Shown here: positions 9,706 through 18,575 of the stretch, piece by piece | Layout of the letters: each line of letters starts with the position of its first letter | Position numbering within the stretch: the first letter of the stretch is position 1 | NCBI GenBank assembly: GCA_037381445.1 | Contig: JARRQT010000004.1 | Span: 1 to 63,270 of the forward strand | Source: Calditrichia bacterium | GTDB taxonomy: Bacteria; Calditrichota; Calditrichia; RBG-13-44-9 | Direction: 5' to 3' | DNA length: 63,270 bases | Position numbers and translations under genes: made by a program | Notes under the pieces: generated by a model | Seen by the model: the letters and a program-made list of their open reading frames with translations, nothing else | Databases searched by the model: none | What the model was told of the DNA's origin: nothing

Positions 9706-10695
9706 CTATTCCAATATATCCTCGATGGCTGTCAATTCCTCATCAGCAAAATTGAGATTCTGCAAAGCGGCGACATTATCCTCCACCTGTTTCACTCTGC
9801 TGGTCCCCACCAGCACGGAGGTAACGGCCGGCTGACGAAGAATCCAGGCAACCGCCATTTGCGCCAGCGTCTGGCCCCTTTTTTGAGCCAGATCGTTCAA
9901 CTGCCGGGCCTGTGACACCCTTTTCTCAGTGACATCCTGCCTGCTCAGATAAGTCCCTTCACGGGCGGCGCGTGATGCTTCGGGGATTCCGTTCAGATAT
10001 TTGTCGGACAATAGTCCCTGCGCCAGGGGAGAGAAAACAATGGCGCCGATGCCTTCCGCCATAAGGGTATCCAGCAGTCCGTCCTCCGCCTGCCGGTCAA
10101 ACAAGTTGTAGCGCGGCTGGTGGATCAGCAGGGGTGTGCCCAGTTCCTGAAGGACGAGTGCGGCCTCGCGCGTCTGTTCGGGGTTGTAGGCGGATATTCC
10201 GGCATACAGGGCTTTGCCCTGCCGCACAATCTGATCCAGCGCTCCCATGGTTTCCTCGATGGGCGTTTCAGGGTCGGGACGATGGTGGTAAAAGATGTCC
10301 ACGTATTCCAAACCCATTCTTTTCAGGCTCTGGTCCAGGCTGGCGATCAGGTATTTTCGCGAACCCCAGTCGCCGTAGGGGCCGGGCCACATATCCCACC
10401 CTGCCTTGGTGGAAATGATAAGCTCGTCCCGGTGTGTTATCAGGTCTTTGCGTAATATCCGGCCGAAGGTCTCTTCCGCGGAGCCGTAGGGCGGACCATA
10501 GTTGTTGGCCAGATCGAAATGGGTAATCCCCAGGTCAAAAGCCTTGCGGGTCATGGCCCTCGAGTTCTCAAATTCGTCCACGCCTCCGAAGTTGTGCCAT
10601 AATCCCAATGAAACGGCCGGCAATTTCAATCCGCTCCGGCCGCAGCGGTCATACTTCATCGCTTCATACCGTTTTGGGTCAGGAAGGTAACTCAT
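9706..10695 (-). CDS. Aldo/keto reductase, YghZ/Kv-beta-like (L-glyceraldehyde-3-phosphate reductase type)
   Basis: 329 aa with an AGGAGG RBS. MKYDRCGRSGLKLPAVSLGLWHNFGG...THFDLANNYGPPYGSAEE...YVDIFYHHRPD... is a close match to the YghZ subfamily. Confidence 0.9.
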   Translation of the reverse strand: MSYLPDPKRYEAMKYDRCGRSGLKLPAVSLGLWHNFGGVDEFENSRAMTRKAFDLGITHFDLANNYGPPYGSAEETFGRILRKDLITHRDELIISTKAGWDMWPGPYGDWGSRKYLIASLDQSLKRMGLEYVDIFYHHRPDPETPIEETMGALDQIVRQGKALYAGISAYNPEQTREAALVLQELGTPLLIHQPRYNLFDRQAEDGLLDTLMAEGIGAIVFSPLAQGLLSDKYLNGIPEASRAAREGTYLSRQDVTEKRVSQARQLNDLAQKRGQTLAQMAVAWILRQPAVTSVLVGTSRVKQVEDNVAALQNLNFADEELTAIEDILE

Positions 10696-11055
10696 AAATG
10701 CCTCCTTGTAAGGAAATCTTATTGTTCATAAAAATCTTTTTTCGAAAAAAACATATCCCTCGTGAAACAATAAAATAAATTCCAAGTTTCTAATCCTTAA
10801 TTATTTAAATAAATTTATTTTCGGAAAAATATCAAGTAAATTTTTGTTATATTTGATGTATCCAGGAGTTGATAAAATAGAAGTTATTCCCCGGCGGTTT
10901 TATTTGCCACGATCACTCATGCCTCTTTTCGGGATGGGTAACATTTCCCCGGTTCCGGATGATCAGCGGAAAGCCTGAACGGTCGGGAATAAGGGAAACC
11001 TGTCAGAGGAATTGTCAGCGGGGCTTCCAAATAAAAAAATGAAAGGTTAGATATA

Positions 11056-12114
11056 ATGAAGAGTAAAAATCGAAAGGGAATTCTGGAAATTCTGCCTGAA
11101 GGATACGGTTTTCTACGGGATGAGAAACATAATTTCCAAATTAAAAACGGGGATGCCTATGTTCCCGCAGAGATTATCCGGCGCTATAAACTCCGCGAGG
11201 GATTGCACATCGTGGCTGAGGTCGGGACTCCCCAGGCGCGGGGTAAAAGCGCCCCGGTGACAAATGTCCTGAAATGTAATGGCGTGACGCCCGAGGAATA
11301 TCTGAAAATCCCCGATATTAAATCAGGTATCAGCATCGATCCCGAGGAACAGTTGGTGATGACCATGGAGCCCAGAGACTACACCGGCCGGGCGATGGAC
11401 CTATTTACTCCGGTTGGGAAAGGGCAGCGGGGAATGATCATTTCGCCTCCCAAGGCAGGAAAGACCACCATACTGAAGCACATTGCCAAGGCGGTTTGCA
11501 AAAATGATCCCGAGGTAGAGGTGGTTGTGCTCCTCATCGATGAACGGCCCGAAGAGGTGACCGATTTTCAGCGGGACCTTCCCGGAGCGCTGGTATTCCA
11601 CTCCTCGGCGGATCAGGACGTGGATAATCATTTGCGGATGACCTATCTGACCATGAACATGGCGATGCGCCGGGTGGAATTCGGCAGGGATGTGCTGATA
11701 TTAATCGATTCGCTCACCCGTATGGGACGGGCCTTCAATAAGGATACCACTTCCGGAGGCAAAACGCTGAGCGGAGGACTGGCGGCCAATGCACTGGATC
11801 TGCCCCGCAGATTTTTTGGCGCCGCCCGCAATCTGGAAAACGGGGGATCCCTGTCCATTATGGCATCAATTCTGATCGATACCGGCAGCCGCATGGACGA
11901 GGTTATTTTCCAGGAGTTCAAGGGTACCGGCAATCTGGATCTGGTACTCAGTCGGGAATGCGCCGAGCGGAGGCTGTTTCCGGCGATCAACATCCGGCAC
12001 AAAATCCTTTCCCCCGAGGACCTGGATGATGCCTCCTTCCTGCGCCGCAAAACCGCCGGAATGAAACCGCCGGAAGCGCTGGAATTTGTCCTGGAATATT
12101 TTCGTCAAAACTAA
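11056..12114 (+). CDS. rho: Transcription termination factor Rho, unusually short form
   Basis: GILEILPEGYGFLR (the start of the OB/CSD-like RNA-binding domain) lies right at the N-terminus. Walker A is PPKAGKT, followed by LLIDERPEEV; the Q-loop (TLSGGLAANAL) and R-loop (TGSRMDEV) are present. Findings cover the missing parts. Confidence 0.85.
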   Translation: MKSKNRKGILEILPEGYGFLRDEKHNFQIKNGDAYVPAEIIRRYKLREGLHIVAEVGTPQARGKSAPVTNVLKCNGVTPEEYLKIPDIKSGISIDPEEQLVMTMEPRDYTGRAMDLFTPVGKGQRGMIISPPKAGKTTILKHIAKAVCKNDPEVEVVVLLIDERPEEVTDFQRDLPGALVFHSSADQDVDNHLRMTYLTMNMAMRRVEFGRDVLILIDSLTRMGRAFNKDTTSGGKTLSGGLAANALDLPRRFFGAARNLENGGSLSIMASILIDTGSRMDEVIFQEFKGTGNLDLVLSRECAERRLFPAINIRHKILSPEDLDDASFLRRKTAGMKPPEALEFVLEYFRQN

Positions 12115-12344
12115 AGCGTCTGCTTCGCTGGAATGAGCGCAGGAGAGAAGCTGAAATTCTGCCCTTCCCGGTTATCCCTTCTGCGCGAAATGTGAGACTT
12201 CCGTGCAAAATGAATTGGCAAGCGTCATTTATTTGAAGTCCCTTCGTAACCGAAAATCTGAAATCAAGGAAGGATCAGTTCCCGCAATACGCTTTCCTGT
12301 GCCGGATTGTTTGAAACCATATCAAGTTGCAGGCAGCGCCGGAC

Positions 12345-13604
12345 TTATTTATCGGGAATGTGATTCAGTGCTTCCGAAACGGCCAGAAGTTCAGCAGCCA
12401 CGTTATGCTCCCGTCCGCAGCGGGGACAGGTGACCGATTGCCTGTTGAAATTGGGCGGAATCTTCATGGTCAAACCACATGCACAATTGATCAAACCATA
12501 TCCTGCCGTTTTATGAAGAATATCCTTTGCCTGCCGCAGGCCCTTACGGGGGTCATGATCGGCCGGAGTTGCTGACGGATTCCGGATACCCTGTTCCTTG
12601 GCAGCGCCGAGACTAACACTGTCAATTACCCCTTTATTATTGTGGACTTTTTCATAGGCTTCTTCATAGGCCCGCAGGGAAGAACTTTTTGCCATTCCCC
12701 GTAAAATGCGGATGCGGTCTTCCGTGGGCGGATGGGTGCTGAATAATCCGGACACGCCGCCGGCAGCCGCCATGGGATTGACGATATACATGGGCGCCAG
12801 CGTCCGGCTCTTTGAAAAATTCTTGCTTTGCCCCGTCGAAATTTTTTCCAGCGCGGAAGCCAGCCCTTCGGGATACCGGGTATATTGAGCGGAACTGGCA
12901 TCGGCCAGGTATTCCCGTTTGCGGGAAGTAGCAAAATAGAGGAGCTGCGCTAGTAGCGGCGCCAGAATCGCCAGCACGATACTGACAATCAGGATAATAA
13001 TTGTGCCCTGTCCGCCGCTGTCCCGGCTGGAACGCCGCCGTGAGCCCCCGCTGAACCACAATCCGCGCAGGAACAGGTCGGCAATAATCACCACCGCGCC
13101 GACCGTCACGCCGGCCAGGGTCATGAACAGCGTGTCCCGGTTGTTGATATGGCCGATCTCGTGGCCGAGGACCCCCTGTAATTCATCGCGGTTCAATTTC
13201 GCCATCAGCCCGGTGGTGACCGCCACCGCGGCCCGTTCGGGTTTGAGCCCGACTGCGAATGCATTGGGCACCGGAGAATCGATAATATAGACCCGCGGCA
13301 TAGCCGGTAGTCCGGAGGCGATCTTCATCTCTTCCACGATGTTGTAGAGCTGGGGGGCGTCTTCTTTCTTCACTTCGTGGGCGCCGGCGGTGGCCAGCAG
13401 TATCTGTTCTCCTCCGGCCAGACTGGCCAGCATCATAATTATCCAGATGATCATGGCGCCCAGAATTCCGTAAAAAACGGAATCTGCCGGATAGGCGGGC
13501 TGAACGAAATACCCTATCAGGGCACCCAGCGCCGCCAGGATGAGCGCCAGGCCGGCCATCAGGAAAACCGATTTACGTCTGTTTATTTGAATGACTTCCC
13601 ACAT
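12345..13604 (-). CDS. M48-family (HtpX-like) membrane zinc metalloprotease with a C-terminal zinc ribbon
   Basis: HEIGHINNRD (HExxH) sits between TM segments. A second pair of TM helices follows, with the EYLADA motif after them. The C-terminus has CACG...CPRCG (CxxC...CxxC). Confidence 0.85.
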   Translation of the reverse strand: MWEVIQINRRKSVFLMAGLALILAALGALIGYFVQPAYPADSVFYGILGAMIIWIIMMLASLAGGEQILLATAGAHEVKKEDAPQLYNIVEEMKIASGLPAMPRVYIIDSPVPNAFAVGLKPERAAVAVTTGLMAKLNRDELQGVLGHEIGHINNRDTLFMTLAGVTVGAVVIIADLFLRGLWFSGGSRRRSSRDSGGQGTIIILIVSIVLAILAPLLAQLLYFATSRKREYLADASSAQYTRYPEGLASALEKISTGQSKNFSKSRTLAPMYIVNPMAAAGGVSGLFSTHPPTEDRIRILRGMAKSSSLRAYEEAYEKVHNNKGVIDSVSLGAAKEQGIRNPSATPADHDPRKGLRQAKDILHKTAGYGLINCACGLTMKIPPNFNRQSVTCPRCGREHNVAAELLAVSEALNHIPDK

Positions 13605-13701
13605 ATGAAATCCTTTTTAGCCGGGTTATTCGCTGTCAAATTGGAAAAAGGATCGGTACAGAACAGCGATAGCCGACATTGATATTCCACGAATCCTGAG
13701 T

Positions 13702-14256
13702 TTAAAACTGCACCTTGGGCACCGCTCTTTCCTCTGCTGACTCGATCTCGAAGAAATCGGCCTGCTTGAATCCCATGGTATTGGCCATTAAATTGGTAGG
13801 GAAGCTTTCAATTTTGGTATTGAGCCGCAAAACCTGATCATTATAAAACTGACGTGCAAATCCCACCTTGTTTTCGGTAGAGGTCAGCTCTTCCTGCAGG
13901 GCAAGAAAATTCTGATTTGCCTTCAGGTCCGGATAATTTTCAACAACCATTAAGAAGCGGCTGAGTGCATTGTTCAACTCCCCTTCCGCTTTCCCCTGTT
14001 CCGCGACGCTATTGGCCTGCACCGCCAGATTGCGCGCTTTGGTGATGGATTCCAGTGTCTCCCGTTCATGCTTCATATATCCGCGGGCGGTTTCCACCAG
14101 GTTTGGAATAAGGTCGTGGCGCCGTTTGAGCTGAACGTCTATCTGCGACCAGGCGTTTTTCACCTGATTGCGCAGCCGCACCAAACCGTTAAACATTCCG
14201 ATAAGCCAGAAAATGATAAAAATGACTATTGCCAAAACAATGATTAATGCAATCAT
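13702..14256 (-). CDS. lemA: LemA family protein
   Basis: 184 aa with a GGAGGA RBS and one N-terminal TM segment. NGLVRLRNQVKNAWSQIDVQLKRRHDLIPNLVETARGYMKHERETL...ENYPDLKANQNF is the canonical LemA pattern. Confidence 0.9.
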   Translation of the reverse strand: MIALIIVLAIVIFIIFWLIGMFNGLVRLRNQVKNAWSQIDVQLKRRHDLIPNLVETARGYMKHERETLESITKARNLAVQANSVAEQGKAEGELNNALSRFLMVVENYPDLKANQNFLALQEELTSTENKVGFARQFYNDQVLRLNTKIESFPTNLMANTMGFKQADFFEIESAEERAVPKVQF

Positions 14257-14278
14257 TTATTCCTCCATATCCTGTTTA

Positions 14279-14650
14279 TTATTCTTTGAATAATCCGGAA
14301 AAGAAATTTTTGACATGCTGCACCGCCTCCTGAGATGCGCGGGCTTCTGCGATTTGTGCCAGTTCGCCCTTGTCCAGCCATAAGCCATTGTCCCGCGGGC
14401 AAATGTCAACTTCCACCTGCGTACCGGGAAAATTCCCCTTGCGCATTTTCTTGGTGCATCGCGGACAGCGGCGCTCTCCTTTTTTTGAACCGGGGATATC
14501 GGACAGATCCAGCGCTCTTTCATGATTCTGAAGCAGTAATTCCAGTTCCCCCTGATCCAGCCAGACGCCTTGGCAAGAGGGACAATAGTCCACTTCCACC
14601 TGATCAAATTCCAGGATAATCATTGTTTTTTTACAGACCGGACAGTTCAT
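14279..14650 (-). CDS. Double zinc-ribbon protein (zf-TFIIB-like, PF13453-type repeats)
   Basis: 123 aa with two repeats: CPVCKKTM...VDYCPSCQGVWLDQGEL and CPRCTKKM...VDICPRDNGLWLDKGEL. The stop lies 22 nt before the lemA start, so the two are probably co-transcribed. Confidence 0.7.
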   Translation of the reverse strand: MNCPVCKKTMIILEFDQVEVDYCPSCQGVWLDQGELELLLQNHERALDLSDIPGSKKGERRCPRCTKKMRKGNFPGTQVEVDICPRDNGLWLDKGELAQIAEARASQEAVQHVKNFFSGLFKE

Positions 14651-15011
14651 GTTTGCCTCAATTCATGCTTTTCATTGCATCCTTATGATTGCCGCGCTTT
14701 TTTCTTCGCAGGAAGAACGCCCTCGGTCCAGGCCGGATTATTCTCAAAAAAATTGTCTGAAAATTCATTCGATGTCTTTATTATTTCATCAAAATGATTA
14801 AGTTCGAAAGGACGTTAAGTTCCGCTCTTTTTAAAAAACTGATACCTGTAATCCCTGGCTGACTTCCTGCAGATCAGGGGTATGGTAAACAGGCGTATAG
14901 TCTACCCCGGCTGTTAAGAGGCAACCGATATATGATTCCTTTGCCCCATCAATCAAGATGGAGAAGGTGTTGGAAGAATCAGCACGATGCCTGGAGAAAT
15001 TTATTCAACAA

Positions 15012-15042
15012 ATAAAAAGGGCAGTCTATTCTGCCTGCCCTC
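15012..15042 (-). terminator. Rho-independent terminator of the cold-shock gene
   Basis: AGGGCAG (15018-15024) pairs with CTGCCCT (15035-15041), with a 10-nt loop. On the minus-strand RNA a U-rich run follows the stem (complement of the A-run at 15011-15017). Confidence 0.7.
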
Positions 15043-15119
15043 TTATTTTACCGGTAAATTTCAAATAGAATCCATCATTTAAATAATCGTACTGATATTC
15101 TGTGACGAGTGAGTCTGTT

Positions 15120-15332
15120 TTATGGAAGAATGACTACATCCTGAGCTTGCAGACCTTTCTTACCCTGTCCTACCGTAAATTCCACACGCTGGCCTTCTTC
15201 AAGCGACCGAAAGCCTTCGCTGCGAATGGCACTGTAGTGAACAAAAACATCTTCGCCTTTTTCACGAGTGATAAAACCGAAGCCTTTGCTCTCGTTAAAC
15301 CATTTGACAGTGCCGGTTTCACGCTCTGCCAT
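15120..15332 (-). CDS. cspA: Cold-shock protein (CspA family)
   Basis: 70 aa with a [38 protein letters not shown] contains the RNP1 and RNP2 motifs. Confidence 0.95.
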   Translation of the reverse strand: MAERETGTVKWFNESKGFGFITREKGEDVFVHYSAIRSEGFRSLEEGQRVEFTVGQGKKGLQAQDVVILP

Positions 15333-15638
15333 ATACTGAACCTCCGTTTAAAATATACTCATAGAACAATTTGTTACTCACTCACCACAAAACCAGCAAG
15401 CTGAACAAGTGTTCAAAAATTATATATAAATTTTATTAAATATTCTGATAAAATCAAGATTAAAGTTTGTAAAATTTGATATTAGTTGAAAATAATTCAC
15501 CGGATTCTTTATAAAGATACCAACTTTAGGGGCTGATTTCGGATTAATTGAATTGCCCTGCGGCTAAATGTCCTTTCGTTCCGCATTCGGTCCCTGGTTT
15601 TTCAACATCGGCCGGGTGTCAGAGCGGGTACGGCTTTA

Positions 15639-17168
15639 TCATATTTCTTCCGGACCCGGCTTCAGTTGTTCCCCGACCCAGCGATTCATTCTTTCCGCCA
15701 GAACATTCAGCGGGATGCTTCCTTCCCGCAGCAACTCATCGTGAAAATGCAGCCCCACGTCCACTACCAGCCGCACCGCCCGAACCGCTTCATCCGAAAG
15801 TTTTCCAAAGTAATGATAGATATTCTCATACACGCCCATTTCCTGCCCCAGCTCTTCGCAATAGAGCGCCCATCCTTCACTGAATGCATCATAATATTTG
15901 TAGCGGCGGAACCTTGGCAGAGCGGTTTGTTCCTGCTGCAGCGCAATCTGGAGGTGATGACCGGGGATGGTTTCATGCAAAAAGGTTGATGTCATCAGAT
16001 ATTGCGGACGCGAGGAAAGATCGTATGTATTCACATAAAAGATGCCCGGACGGTTGTCATCCGCAGCCGGAGGCCAGTACTCTGCCCCGGCGGCGGTTGT
16101 TTCCCGGAAAGCCTCCACCCTTTTGATATCAAAATCCGTGCTGGGCAGCTTCCCGAAGTATTCCGGCAGTTTTTGTGAAACCACTGTTTTGAGATTTTGA
16201 TACCCCTCCAGCAATTCTTCCGGGCGGTTGAAATAAAAACGAGGATCGGTGCGCAGATGTCCATAAAATTCACTCAAATTACCTGGAAACCCAACATGAA
16301 GCAGAATTCCCATCATTTGTCCCTCGATCCGTTCGATTTCACTGACCCCGGTCTCAAAAATTTCTTCAGGAATTAGCCGGGAGGTGGTCCATTTCCGGAC
16401 CTGCCAAGCATACCATGCTTTTCCGTCCGGGAGTTCCGACAGGCCGGCAGAAGTCCGGCAAGCCGGCAGATATTCATTTTTGATGAAATCATACAATTTG
16501 CGGTAGGAGGGAATGATTTGTTGCTCGATGGCGTTTTTGTAGCGGATAGTAAGTTCCTCTTTTTCGCCATTTTCAAATCCGGGCGGCAGGTTATGCACCG
16601 GATCAAAGAAACTGCTTTTTTCCGCATTCTGAACGATCTGGTCTTTTAATTGAGGCAGCACCTTCTCCATGATGAATTTGGGCTGGGTAATTCCCAGTTT
16701 CATGCCTTCCCGCATATTCACAATGGCGGTATCGACCCACTGCTGAAATCCGGTAATCCTCCCCAGAAAGGCATCATAGTCTTCAGGGGTTTTAAAGGGT
16801 TGAACGAACGAACCGGAACCCAGAAGGGGGAAGATAAGCGTCATGGAGCTGAACTGGTTAATCGGCATGAGGTGATCGTTATAGCGCAGGGACTCCAGAT
16901 TGGTTTTCAATTCATATACGAATGTGTGATAGTTGATTCTATCGCCTTCCGGGAGTTGGGCTGGATCGATTGCGGAAATTTTTTGCAGATACTTTTCGTT
17001 GTCCGTGATGCCGGATAGGGCGGCTTCCACCGGGAAGAGGGGCAGCCATTCTTCAAAATATTCTTCGAAGAGCGTATTCAACTGACGGCCCGCCTTTTCG
17101 GAATTCTGGGAGGTCCGGGAGCAGTGCACAAAAAGCAGGGCAGGCAAAATGAAAAATAAAAATTTCAT
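15639..17168 (-). CDS. DUF885 family protein (secreted metallopeptidase-like), shorter than usual
   Basis: Has a signal peptide (MKFLFFILPALLFVHC). HETIPGHHLQIALQQE and SEGWALYCEELG are DUF885 hallmarks. The C-terminal region appears to carry an internal gap (covered in findings). Confidence 0.8.
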   Translation of the reverse strand: MKFLFFILPALLFVHCSRTSQNSEKAGRQLNTLFEEYFEEWLPLFPVEAALSGITDNEKYLQKISAIDPAQLPEGDRINYHTFVYELKTNLESLRYNDHLMPINQFSSMTLIFPLLGSGSFVQPFKTPEDYDAFLGRITGFQQWVDTAIVNMREGMKLGITQPKFIMEKVLPQLKDQIVQNAEKSSFFDPVHNLPPGFENGEKEELTIRYKNAIEQQIIPSYRKLYDFIKNEYLPACRTSAGLSELPDGKAWYAWQVRKWTTSRLIPEEIFETGVSEIERIEGQMMGILLHVGFPGNLSEFYGHLRTDPRFYFNRPEELLEGYQNLKTVVSQKLPEYFGKLPSTDFDIKRVEAFRETTAAGAEYWPPAADDNRPGIFYVNTYDLSSRPQYLMTSTFLHETIPGHHLQIALQQEQTALPRFRRYKYYDAFSEGWALYCEELGQEMGVYENIYHYFGKLSDEAVRAVRLVVDVGLHFHDELLREGSIPLNVLAERMNRWVGEQLKPGPEEI

Positions 17169-17256
17169 GGGATGTTTCTCTTTCTATTTTCTTGCAGCAA
17201 TTCATCTGAAAATTTTATTCAAAAATTGAGACATTGTCCCGGGTAAGGAGATGTGG

Positions 17257-18372
17257 CTAATCCTCTTTGCTGATTTGCTCCGTTGGTTTGTCCTTTTCCA
17301 GTTCCACCCGCATACGTGGGAGGCTTTCCTGGTAGTGCTCCTGCAAGAATTTTATCAACTCCTCCCGCACCAGACAGCGCAGATTCCAGGCGGTGGGAGA
17401 ATCCGCGGCGCTCATCAGGGCACGAAGCTCAACGGTGTGTTCGGTGGCGTTCGTCACCTGGAGCCCGCGGGCTTTTTTGTCCCACATATCCGTATTGTCC
17501 AGTATGCGGAAGAGCTCCTCGCGGATGGCCTGAACCGGAACGGTATAATCCGTGTAAAGGTAGACAGTGCCCAGAAGGTCGGCAGAAATACGGGTCCAGT
17601 TCTGGAATGGTTTTTCGATAAAATAGGTAATGGGAACAATGAGCCGCCGCAGGTCCCAGATTCTGACCACCACGTACATGAGCGTAATCTCTTCGATCCA
17701 GCCCCATTCGTTTTCCACAATCACCACATCCTCGAGCCGGATGGGCTGGGTAATTGCTATCTGTATTCCCGCGAATATGGTGCCCAGCGTTCGCTGGGCC
17801 GCGAACCCCAGAATGATGCCCAGCACGCCTGCCGAGGCCAGCAGACTGACCCCAATCTGGCGGATCTTGGCAAAAGTCATTAGCATAAAAGCGAAAGCAA
17901 TAAGAATAATCGCCACCGTAACGATACGCTCGATAAGCCTGAGCCCGGTCGCCATACGGCGGGCTTTAAGATTGTCGCGGGCATCTATCTGATAACGGCT
18001 CAGAAGCAGGTCCTGGAATATGTGCACCGTTTTGATGGACAACCAGGCAAGTGAACCGATAATCCACAGATCAACGATGTGCTGAATGATATTTTTTATT
18101 TCTTTGGGGAATACCAGCCCGGAGAGGACAATGTCGAAAAATATGGCAGGAATGAGGGCCAAAAGAGGATATTTCCAGTGTTCCATGCGGAGATCGACCC
18201 CTTTGATGGAAATTTTTCCCAGCTTGCTCAGACGCCGCAAAATAAAATACACCAGCAGCTGAAATACAATTCCCGCCAAAATAGCCAGAATGCCAATAAT
18301 TGCCGAAAAAATGTAATCTTCTATTTTGTTGCCGCCGGGATTTAAAATACGAAGCAATGAATGAATTGGCAT
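17257..18372 (-). CDS. Mechanosensitive ion channel, MscS family
   Basis: 371 aa with N-terminal TM helices. The pore/beta-domain signature is AAQRTLGTIFAGIQIAITQPIRLEDVVIVENEWGWIEEITLMYVVVRIWD. Confidence 0.85.
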   Translation of the reverse strand: MPIHSLLRILNPGGNKIEDYIFSAIIGILAILAGIVFQLLVYFILRRLSKLGKISIKGVDLRMEHWKYPLLALIPAIFFDIVLSGLVFPKEIKNIIQHIVDLWIIGSLAWLSIKTVHIFQDLLLSRYQIDARDNLKARRMATGLRLIERIVTVAIILIAFAFMLMTFAKIRQIGVSLLASAGVLGIILGFAAQRTLGTIFAGIQIAITQPIRLEDVVIVENEWGWIEEITLMYVVVRIWDLRRLIVPITYFIEKPFQNWTRISADLLGTVYLYTDYTVPVQAIREELFRILDNTDMWDKKARGLQVTNATEHTVELRALMSAADSPTAWNLRCLVREELIKFLQEHYQESLPRMRVELEKDKPTEQISKED

Positions 18373-18575
18373 AGCCGCTCAGCTCCATTTTGAAATATCG
18401 GGTTTATAACCCTGAAAATGCATAAACCTCTGTTTGTTAATCGGGGACGTCCTGCGAAAAAGATAGATCATGACATAAGAGCATCCGTCCATTGGAACTC
18501 AAAACCAGGATGATGGTCCGGTCTTTACCGGATATCAGCACATCAAGTGGGCTTTGGAATTCTTGGATATCTTTC

